Shown here piece after piece: positions 1-7,176 of a DNA stretch of 11,030 nt. Made by a program: the position numbers and the translations under genes. Source of the stretch: an uncultured Janthinobacterium sp. (lineage in GTDB: Bacteria; Vulcanimicrobiota; Vulcanimicrobiia; Vulcanimicrobiales; Vulcanimicrobiaceae); contig CAZZXB010000019.1 in NCBI GenBank assembly GCA_964658025.1, positions 7,177-18,206 of the forward strand, given 5' to 3'. Each line of letters starts with the position of its first letter. Within the stretch, counting starts at the first letter, position 1. Below the pieces are notes generated by a model, which was not told where the DNA came from, did not search any database, and saw only the letters and a program-made list of their open reading frames with translations.

Positions 1-1221
1 GACCGGGGTGAGACCGCGCGGGATGTTGCTGATCAGCGGCGTGGCGCTGTCGATGGAGACTCTGGAGGCGATCGGTGGGCTGGTGTCGGTGTCGCTGGAC
101 CGGGACCAGGCGCTGGAGGAGGTGACGCGCGGCGAGGCGGTCGCGATGGAAATCGATGTGGCGCGCTTCGTCGCGCAGGATGAGCTGGCACATGTCGGCG
201 ATCGGCTCGTCGCCGCCGAGCCGATCGGCGCGGCGAAACGACCGACGGAGGCTCGCACGGGGACGTCGAGCGAACCGCGGGCCCCGACGGCTTCGATCGA
301 CGGTCGCCAGGACGCACGTGCGTACGCGGGTGCCGATGCGCCGCTGGGACGTCGGAGAGTGGCGACGCGCACGGGCGCGGTCCGCAACAGACGCGCGTGC
401 GATCGCGCGCCGCAGTGGCAGTACGCGACCGGCGCACCGCCACCGCCGTAGCCGTACGGAACGGGGACGGTGACCGAATAATAATTCGGTGCGAAGGCGA
501 CGAGCGGATAGCTCCCGGGAAAACCGCCGAGCGTTACGAATCCGCCGCCGAGCGCGCCCGTGTAGACGTAGCGGATCGAATCGCCCCAATAATACGGTCC
601 GGCGCCGAGCGGATAGAACGAGCCGTAACCCGAGCCGTAGTATCCGCCGCCGTAATAATCGCCGACGGTCGTGAAGCGCGGATACACGACGGGCGCGAAC
701 GAGTTGTCGTACGGCGGATTCGGCGCCACGTCGTTTCCGGCGTACGTCGTCGTAACGTCGCCGTACGGCGCCGACGACGTCGAGCCGTCGTCGACCGGAG
801 CGACGGCGGCGCTCGAGGTGCCGTCGCGGACGGTCGGGATCGAACCCGTGCGGTCGACGACGAAGGACCAGCGCACCGGCGACCCGCCGTCCACGCGGAC
901 GACGACCACGTGCCGCCCCTGCGCGAGCGCCGCACTCGGGACGATCTCGAGATGCGCGCCGACGATCTGCACGTCGCGATCGACGGATCGGCCATCGATC
1001 GCGACGTGAACGGAGCCGCGCGGGATCGTCACGCCGTCGGAGCTATGGACTTCGAAATCGATCGCCGGTCGGTCGTCCGCGACGTTCGCGCCGGAGGCGG
1101 GTGCGAGCGGAACGACGCGCAGATCGTCGGCCGCGGCGGGCGCGGACGCCACGCCGACCGCGAGCCCGACCGCGACGAGCGTCGCTCGGGCGATCGAACG
1201 GACCACCGACCGTAGAGTCAT
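1..1221 (-). CDS. Secreted hypothetical protein with an Ig-like beta-sandwich and a Tyr/Gly-rich region; 3' end missing or chimeric
   Basis: ATG at 1221 with GGGAAA upstream. The frame has no stop down to the window edge. It begins MTLRSVVRSIARATLVAVGLAVGVASAPAAA-DD (signal peptide), then a beta-rich domain (RPAIDFEV...VHVAIDG...LAQGRHVVVVRV...WSFVVD), then YYGGGYYGSGYGSFYP. Sequence below ~215 is probably not part of the true gene. Confidence 0.75.
   Translation of the reverse strand, partial: MTLRSVVRSIARATLVAVGLAVGVASAPAAADDLRVVPLAPASGANVADDRPAIDFEVHSSDGVTIPRGSVHVAIDGRSVDRDVQIVGAHLEIVPSAALAQGRHVVVVRVDGGSPVRWSFVVDRTGSIPTVRDGTSSAAVAPVDDGSTSSAPYGDVTTTYAGNDVAPNPPYDNSFAPVVYPRFTTVGDYYGGGYYGSGYGSFYPLGAGPYYWGDSIRYVYTGALGGGFVTLGGFPGSYPLVAFAPNYYSVTVPVPYGYGGGGAPVAYCHCGARSHARLLRTAPVRVATLRRPSGASAPAYARASWRPSIEAVGARGSLDVPVRASVGRFAAPIGSAATSRSPTCASSSCATKRATSISIATASPRVTSSSAWSRSSDTDTSPPIASRVSIDSATPLISNIPRGLTPV
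2..139 (+). other. Fragment of a KdpD-like sensor histidine kinase (GAF-to-HisKA linker), truncated
   Basis: Frame 2 reads TGVRPRGMLLISGVALSMETLEAIGGLVSVSLDRDQALEEVTRGEA, which by recall resembles the helix before the HisKA domain in KdpD-like kinases. No H-box follows. Codon use (Leu CTG x6/TTG x1, Val GTG x5, Glu GAG x5) differs from the rest of the window. Confidence 0.5.
122..214 (-). other. Fragment of a ferritin-like (diiron carboxylate) domain gene
   Basis: Minus strand reads GDEPIADMCQLILRDEARHIDFHRDRLAARH, containing the DExxH helix motif of ferritin-like proteins. The resemblance stops on both sides. Confidence 0.5.
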
Positions 1222-1363
1222 ACCGTCATGTTTCCCATTCGGGTTCGCGTCTACCGACGGGCTCCGGACGGCGTCGACTTTTGTCCGTTTCGCAACCGCG
1301 GTGTTTCGAAGCGCCTTGTAGCCGTAACCGCGCGTCACCCGAATGTGGGAGTCCGAATTCACG

Positions 1364-3031
1364 ATGTCCGAACCGTCCAAGAACGAACGCATCAAAGCCG
1401 CGAGCGCGGGGCTCCGCGGCACGATCGCGGCGGAACTCGCCCGTCCGACCGAGCGCTTCGAAGAAGCCGACGTTCAGTTGCTGAAGTTCCACGGGATCTA
1501 TCAGCAAGAAGATCGCGATCGGCGCAAGATCGAGCGCGAGACGGGTGCGGCGAAAGCGTATTCGTTCATGCTACGGACGAAGACTCCGGGTGGCGTATCG
1601 ACCGGCGCGTTCTTCCTCGCGCTCGCGGATCTCGCGGACGCGTACGGAAACGGGACGCTTCGCATCACGACGCGGCAGGCGTTCCAGATGCACGGAATCG
1701 TCAAGCGCGAACTCAAGGCGACGATCGCGGCGATCAACGATCGACTGGGCTCGACGCTCGGCGCGTGCGGCGACATCAACCGCAACGTGATGGCGCCGGC
1801 CGCGCCGTTCGCGACGAAGCCATACGTCTTCGCGCGCGAAGCGGCGCACGCGATCGCGGATCTCCTGACGCCGCGGACGAGCGCGTACTACGAAATCTGG
1901 CGCGACGACGAACTCCTGCACACGACGCAAGAGCAGACGAACGATCCGCTCTATCGCGACACCTATCTCCCGCGGAAGTTCAAGGCGGCGACGACGGTCG
2001 CGGGCGACAATTCCGTCGACATCCTCACGAACGATCTCGGCGTGGTGCCGATCGTCAGCGACGTGGACGTGCTGCTCGGATACGATCTCTACGTCGGCGG
2101 CGGTCTCGGCGCGACGCATCGCAAGGCGGAGACCTTCCCGCGGCTCGCGGACGAATTCGCGTTCGTCGAACCGGCGGATCTCTTGCCCGTCGTCCGCGCG
2201 ATCGTCGAGGTGCAACGCGACTACGGCGACCGGACGAACCGCAAGCACGCGCGTCTGAAGTACACGATCGCCGATCGCGGCATCGCCTGGTTCCGCGACG
2301 AGGTCGCGCGCTACTCGGGGCGCCCGCTCGCGCCGTTCCGTCCGTTACCGGCGTGGAAGCACCGCGATTACCTCGGATGGAGCGAACAGGGCGACGGTCG
2401 GCTATGCCTCGGGCTCAACGTCGAGAACGGTCGCATCAAAGACGGGCCGGACGCGCAACTCAAGAGCGCGCTCCGCGACGTCGTCGCTCGGTACGATCTC
2501 GATCTCGTGCTGACGCCGCAACAAAACGTCGTCCTCGTCGACGTTCCCCCCGATCTGCGTAGCGCGATCGACGCGATCCTCGCCGAGCGCGGCGTCCGTG
2601 CGATCGCGGACGTGAGCCTCCTGGAACGGCACGCCATGGCGTGCCCCGCGCTCCCGACGTGCGGTCTCGCGCTCGCGGAAGCGGAGCGATATCTTCCGTC
2701 GGTCGTCGACGCGCTCGAAGCGCGCGTCGCGGAACTCGGACTCGCCGATGAGGCGATCTCGATCCGCATGACCGGCTGTCCCAACGGGTGCGCGCGACCG
2801 TACATGTCGGAGATCGGCATCGTCGGCGTCAGCGCGAATCGTTACGCCGTGTATCTCGGTGGGAGCACCGATTCGACGCGACTCAACGCGCTCTATCGCG
2901 ACGTCGTCACGAGCGACGAACTCGTTCCGATGCTCGACGATTTCTTAACTTCGTTCGCCCGCGACCGCGCGGTCGGGCAGAGCTTCGGCGACTTTTGTGC
3001 GACGCGCATCCGAGAAACGGCGGGCGTTTGA
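1364..3031 (+). CDS. sir: Assimilatory sulfite reductase hemoprotein (Sir/CysI-type, siroheme-[4Fe-4S]), 555 aa
   Basis: Motifs LKFHGIYQQEDRD, LRITTRQAFQMHG, TLGACGDINRNVM, GGGLGATH, and cofactor ligands CPALPTC (from 2642) and TGCPNGC. ATG 1364 follows GGGAG at 1347-1351, so it is preferred over 1343. Sir versus CysI naming is uncertain. Confidence 0.92.
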   Translation: MSEPSKNERIKAASAGLRGTIAAELARPTERFEEADVQLLKFHGIYQQEDRDRRKIERETGAAKAYSFMLRTKTPGGVSTGAFFLALADLADAYGNGTLRITTRQAFQMHGIVKRELKATIAAINDRLGSTLGACGDINRNVMAPAAPFATKPYVFAREAAHAIADLLTPRTSAYYEIWRDDELLHTTQEQTNDPLYRDTYLPRKFKAATTVAGDNSVDILTNDLGVVPIVSDVDVLLGYDLYVGGGLGATHRKAETFPRLADEFAFVEPADLLPVVRAIVEVQRDYGDRTNRKHARLKYTIADRGIAWFRDEVARYSGRPLAPFRPLPAWKHRDYLGWSEQGDGRLCLGLNVENGRIKDGPDAQLKSALRDVVARYDLDLVLTPQQNVVLVDVPPDLRSAIDAILAERGVRAIADVSLLERHAMACPALPTCGLALAEAERYLPSVVDALEARVAELGLADEAISIRMTGCPNGCARPYMSEIGIVGVSANRYAVYLGGSTDSTRLNALYRDVVTSDELVPMLDDFLTSFARDRAVGQSFGDFCATRIRETAGV

Positions 3032-3173
3032 GCGCGAGTCTACGACGCGGCGCTCGCGGCGGCTTTCCCAGGCTTAAGATAAGGATAACGCGCCCTTAAG
3101 GTCGGCCCCGTAACGTTTCGGTGCGCTCTCGCCCTCGGCAAGAGCTCCATCGTTTCGTTCTTTGGGAGACTTC

Positions 3174-5999
3174 GTGCGTACAATTCGAGTCGGCTCGCTT
3201 CTCGCGGCCGCGATGTCGGCATATCTCGCTACGGTCGGCACATCCGGCGCGAAGGCGGCCGACGCGCAAACGCCCGCAGCGTCGCGCGCGAACGCCGCGA
3301 CGCGGATCGACGGCATTATCGTCGATCAGCAAAACGGATTGCCCGTTGCGAAAGCGCACGTCGGCGTCTATCGCGGAGGCACGAAAACGGCGGAGGGAAA
3401 GAGCGACGCGAGCGGGCGCTACGCGATCGATGCCGTCGGCCCGGGATATTATACGATCGAGGTCGAGGCGCGTGGCTACCAAACGTCGCGTTCGAGCGAA
3501 TTCGTCGTCGCGAGCGGCCAGAGCGTATCCATCAATCTCGTGCTCAACGCGGAACGTAGCGGCCAGACGGGCGGGTTGCGGACGATCGGCTCGGTGAGCG
3601 TGAGCGGATCGAACGCCGTGGCTTCGACCACGGCGATCACGCGAACGTTGGATCCGTCGACGGTTCAGAAAGAGAACGGTCTGCGACTCGTGGACCAACT
3701 CGTCCACCTGCCGGGCGTCAATGGTTCGGGTCTCTCGTCGTCGGTCGGAGACGACACGTCCCTCAACATTCGTGGACTCGGCGCGTCCGAAACGGTCGCG
3801 CTCCTCGACGGACATCCGGTGGGCCCGCAGGGCGTTTACGGTATCAACGGCGGCGGTACGTTTCCGACCTCGTTCAACTATGCGAACACGCCGCTCGCCG
3901 GACTCAATAAGGTGCAAGTCACGTTCGGGTCCGGCGGCGCGGGACTGTACGGCGTCGACGCGATCGGCGGAACCGTCGACTTCGAAACGATCTCTCCGAC
4001 GGCGAAGACGGAGTTCAACGTTCTCACCGGATTTGGCGATCAAGGCCGACAGGAGTCGGCCGCAACGCTCACGGGTTCGCTCGGGAGACTCGGCTTCGCG
4101 TTCGCGGGCGGTACCTCGGGAACGTACGGTCTCTTCAGCCCCGGGCTCGTCGCACAAACCGGCCGTCCCAATAATAGCGGCAACGGCCAAGCGAACGGCG
4201 CCTGCACGGCCGGCAACGACATCTCGCGTTGCAATCTCGCGCTCAATACCTACGACGTGAGCGGAAATTCGCTCGTCAAGAGCGGCCTCGGCAAGCTCAC
4301 CTACAACCTCTCGAACAATACGCGCGCCATGGCGACCGTCTACGCATCGGGTCAGATCTCCGACTCCACCGGTAACGGCGACAACGACTACGTCCCCTTC
4401 GATACGCGCCTCGCCCAAATCCAGACCAACGACAAGCAAAACTGCGCGTTGCCCGGTTCCGCGGCCGGGGCGAAAAACGGCTACACCGTCATCACCGGGA
4501 ACAACGGCGCGACGTCGTGTTACACGGCCGGTCAATGGGCGAACGCGTCGTACGGCCCTTACGGCGGCGGAGCGGATCGCAATCGGGGCACGAATATGAA
4601 CGACTATCATTTTCGCGTCGAGACGACCGACGGGAAGAGCACGATCACGGCCGACGGCTTCCACAACAATTACAAGTTCTACAAGACATCGGAGGCCGCC
4701 GCCGGGTACACCGATCCCTCCGAAACGCAGTTCGCAGGGACGGCCTACTCGCAATATATCAATACCAACGGCTACTTTCTCGCCGACAACATCGTGAACG
4801 AGAACAGCGATATCGGCTTCGGCTACTTCGGCGAATACGAGCTCGGGACGCGCCTCAATTACAACGTCATCGGCACGAATCTCTACAACTACGATCCCTC
4901 CGAGACGACGCACTACGATAGCGGTTTCGCACGCGGGCACTTCACCTTTTCGCCGCTCTTCTCGACGGACGCAAATTTCTGGGTGAAGCATTCGAGCGTC
5001 GACAACACGACGAGTTTCGACCCGCGACTCTCGCTCGTGTTCCACCCCCGGCCGAACGACGTCGTGCGACTGACCTACGGCCATTCGACGGGCGACCCGG
5101 CCGCGGAACTGAAGGCGAGCGGACCGCCGACGTTCGACGGCAACCCGTCGAGTCTCAATCCGACGTGCACGCCGTACAACGGGATCGGGAGCGGCGGCAA
5201 TCCGGGGATCAAGCCCGAACGCGCGAACGACTACGAGATCGGCTACGCGCACCGATTCGATAACGAGTCGTCGGTCCAACTCAACCTGTACGATACCGTC
5301 GTCGGAGACCAACTCTTCAGCGCCGCGGAGCCCATCTTACAATACGGCGCGGCGAGCGAGATCCCGCCGGCGTTGCTCCTCGGCTACGCGCGGAAGATCG
5401 CCTCGATCGGCTGTAACGTCAACCCGGCGAACCCGGCGTCGGCGTTGCCGTTCATCTCGATCTCCACGACGTACAACGCCGCTCGCGCGCAGAGCAAGGG
5501 CATCGAACTCACCGGGCGCCAACGCGTCGCGAACCACCTCTACGTGGAATACGGCTACAACGTCCAGTCGGTGACGCAGAGCGGGATCAACGAGTTCATC
5601 CTCAACAACAATCCGTTCATCATCAACGGGGGTCAGGTGCAAGGCATCCCGATCAACCAGGGGAACGTGGCGGCGGATTATCGCAATCACGGCTTCGAGG
5701 TTCGGACCGACGGCTACGTCGTCGGGAACAACAATCCGAAGAGTCGGCCCGGCTACAACACGTGGGACGGGTTCATCTCGCAGAAGTTGCAGCACGATTT
5801 CGCGCTCACGCTCGGGATCTCGAACATCTTCAACGAGGCGATCCAGAATTACGGTTACATCGGGCACCAGGCGTTCATTCCGGAGAATCAGTTCTTCAAC
5901 GATACGAACTCGATCCAGCAGAGCGTCAACGGCGCCGGCGGCGAAGAGTACGGCGTGCCGAGCCGCTCGTACTCGTTCACGGCGTCCTGGCATATCTGA
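3174..5999 (+). CDS. TonB-dependent outer-membrane receptor with N-terminal carboxypeptidase-regulatory-like domain, ~941 aa
   Basis: Signal peptide; IDGIIVDQQNGLPVAKAHV...SDASGRY...GPGYYTIEVEARGY; plug motifs LNIRGLG, VALLDGHPV, GLYGVDAIGGTVDF; barrel motifs FDPRLSLVF, GNPGIKPERANDYEIG, LGISNIFNE; C-terminal strand RSYSFTASWHI. GTG 3174 follows GGGAGA (3164-3169); TTG 3162 is the alternative start. Confidence 0.93.
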   Translation: MRTIRVGSLLAAAMSAYLATVGTSGAKAADAQTPAASRANAATRIDGIIVDQQNGLPVAKAHVGVYRGGTKTAEGKSDASGRYAIDAVGPGYYTIEVEARGYQTSRSSEFVVASGQSVSINLVLNAERSGQTGGLRTIGSVSVSGSNAVASTTAITRTLDPSTVQKENGLRLVDQLVHLPGVNGSGLSSSVGDDTSLNIRGLGASETVALLDGHPVGPQGVYGINGGGTFPTSFNYANTPLAGLNKVQVTFGSGGAGLYGVDAIGGTVDFETISPTAKTEFNVLTGFGDQGRQESAATLTGSLGRLGFAFAGGTSGTYGLFSPGLVAQTGRPNNSGNGQANGACTAGNDISRCNLALNTYDVSGNSLVKSGLGKLTYNLSNNTRAMATVYASGQISDSTGNGDNDYVPFDTRLAQIQTNDKQNCALPGSAAGAKNGYTVITGNNGATSCYTAGQWANASYGPYGGGADRNRGTNMNDYHFRVETTDGKSTITADGFHNNYKFYKTSEAAAGYTDPSETQFAGTAYSQYINTNGYFLADNIVNENSDIGFGYFGEYELGTRLNYNVIGTNLYNYDPSETTHYDSGFARGHFTFSPLFSTDANFWVKHSSVDNTTSFDPRLSLVFHPRPNDVVRLTYGHSTGDPAAELKASGPPTFDGNPSSLNPTCTPYNGIGSGGNPGIKPERANDYEIGYAHRFDNESSVQLNLYDTVVGDQLFSAAEPILQYGAASEIPPALLLGYARKIASIGCNVNPANPASALPFISISTTYNAARAQSKGIELTGRQRVANHLYVEYGYNVQSVTQSGINEFILNNNPFIINGGQVQGIPINQGNVAADYRNHGFEVRTDGYVVGNNNPKSRPGYNTWDGFISQKLQHDFALTLGISNIFNEAIQNYGYIGHQAFIPENQFFNDTNSIQQSVNGAGGEEYGVPSRSYSFTASWHI

Positions 6000-6028
6000 C
6001 GAAGACGTTCGCAAAATCCGGTCGAGCG

Positions 6029-6065
6029 AAGCGGGGAGACGGCGAAGCGCCGTCTCTTTGCTTTT
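6029..6065 (+). terminator. Rho-independent terminator after the TonB-dependent receptor
   Basis: Perfect 9-bp stem GAGACGGCG (6036-6044)/CGCCGTCTC (6048-6056), extendable by G-U pairs, followed by TTTGCTTTT. Confidence 0.85.
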
Positions 6066-6235
6066 ATGGGTGGCTCGTCTTTAACGTGCGGTTCGTCGTA
6101 CGTTCGGCGGGTGTGCGCGAACGTGTCGGGCGGATTCAGACGTTCCGTGAGAACTCGGCGCGCGTGGCCATGCGAAAATGCACGAACCGCCCGCGCACCG
6201 CGGTGGCGACGTAGCGATCCGCGCAGCGTTCGCGT

Positions 6236-6931
6236 TTAGCGGACCGCCACGACGTCGGCCGTCGAAGGTCCGGTGCGGACGATCTGCTCCGCGATCGCGG
6301 GCGTCTCCGCGACGTGGACGACGCTGCCGTCGTCGACGTTGAAATATCCGATGTAGACGCCGACGAGCTCGCCGCGACCGTCGAAGATGCCGGCGCCGGA
6401 ATCGCCGCGATGACAGGTCTTGCAATCGAGCGTGTAGCGGCCGTTCGCTTCGGAGCCGTCGGGCATATCGCCCGCGACGTCCGCGACCACGCCCGTCTCG
6501 AGAGCGGGACCCGCATTCCCGCTTCCCCACACGTGCACCGGGGCGTGCGCGAGGGGAGCCGCGACGGGCGCGGCGCGTAACGTCCGAGCTTCGGACGGAT
6601 CGACGTCGGCATCGACGATCGCGAGATCGCGAGATGCGACGAGCCGCTCGATGCGAGCGGGGACTCGCGTGCCGTCCTCGAGTTCGACGGCGAGCGCGCC
6701 GAAGGTCGCGACGTGCTTCGCCGTGACGATGCGCACGTGCGTGCCGTCGTTCTCGAGCACGGTGCCCGCGCCGATGCCGCGTTCCGTCGCGCTCGTCGCG
6801 AGGATGACGACGCCGCCTTCGAAGCCGCGATCGGCCGCCGCCGTCGCCGTCGGCGTGCCGAACGCGTACGCCGCCGCGAGCATCGCCGCGGTGTACAACG
6901 AAAACGGCCCAGTGCGTGAAAAGCGCGCCAT
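6236..6931 (-). CDS. Secreted trypsin-like (S1, Trypsin_2-type) serine protease, ~231 aa, no PDZ domain
   Basis: Catalytic triad contexts IVTAKHV, RDLAIV, GDSGAGIFDGRGELVGV. ATG 6931 places a signal-peptide-like segment at the N-terminus; GTG 6994 is the alternative start. Confidence 0.88.
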   Translation of the reverse strand: MARFSRTGPFSLYTAAMLAAAYAFGTPTATAAADRGFEGGVVILATSATERGIGAGTVLENDGTHVRIVTAKHVATFGALAVELEDGTRVPARIERLVASRDLAIVDADVDPSEARTLRAAPVAAPLAHAPVHVWGSGNAGPALETGVVADVAGDMPDGSEANGRYTLDCKTCHRGDSGAGIFDGRGELVGVYIGYFNVDDGSVVHVAETPAIAEQIVRTGPSTADVVAVR

Positions 6932-6981
6932 GTAGCGGTATTCGGAGCGCCCGCGCGGCGGCTGAAACGATTCGCGCGGCT

Positions 6982-6995
6982 TGTAATCGCTCACA
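6982..6995. promoter_or_regulatory. Candidate LacI/CcpA-type operator
   Basis: TGTAATCGCTCACA fits the cre consensus TGWNANCGNTNWCA and lies in a divergent intergenic region. Confidence 0.35.
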
Positions 6996-7025
6996 CCCGG
7001 CGCGGTCGCGATCGCGAGCGCGTGC

Positions 7026-7087
7026 CGTGATGTGTGACGCGCGTGTCGAGACTCGGTACGCTTTCGCGCGTTCCCACATCACGTTTT
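7026..7087. other. Long imperfect hairpin in divergent intergenic region
   Basis: CGTGATGTG (7026-7034)/CACATCACG (7075-7083) plus ACGCGCG (7037-7043)/CGCGCGT (7065-7071), followed by TTTT. Confidence 0.5.
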
Positions 7088-7176
7088 GCGCGCGGTGCCC
7101 GATCGATGCGTACCGTTAGAACCCAACGCGATGCGGTATTGTAAAGGGACGCTCACAAACGAGCGTGGGAGAATTT

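Noticed and set aside
8..451. 147-aa + strand ORF as a real gene
   Set aside because: Only the first ~44 codons look coding; the rest overlaps better-supported minus-strand readings.
397..1215. 272-aa + strand ORF
   Set aside because: Arg-rich, in-register antisense shadow of the minus-strand secreted protein starting at 1221.
1224..1320. SAM-I/SAM-IV riboswitch upstream of sir (GTCATG and GCAACC..GGTG fragments)
   Set aside because: The AUxxAGAG/AUGAG junction is absent, the P3-like loop is too short and no matching P1 3' strand is evident. An Rfam scan would settle it.
1228..2562. 444-aa alternative-frame ORF over sir
   Set aside because: Arg-rich, no motifs; typical off-frame ORF in high-GC coding DNA.
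3032..3173. Cobalamin or TPP riboswitch, or Fur box, before the TBDR
   Set aside because: GCCCCGTAAC only loosely resembles the B12 element; AGGGAA, GCCACTG, the B12 box, the TPP CTGAGA motif and a 19-bp Fur palindrome are absent.
3096..5312. 738-aa minus-strand ORF
   Set aside because: In-register antisense shadow of the TonB-dependent receptor, explained by scarcity of TTA/CTA/TCA codons.
6081..7082. 333-aa minus-strand ORF
   Set aside because: Arg-rich off-frame reading overlapping the serine protease.
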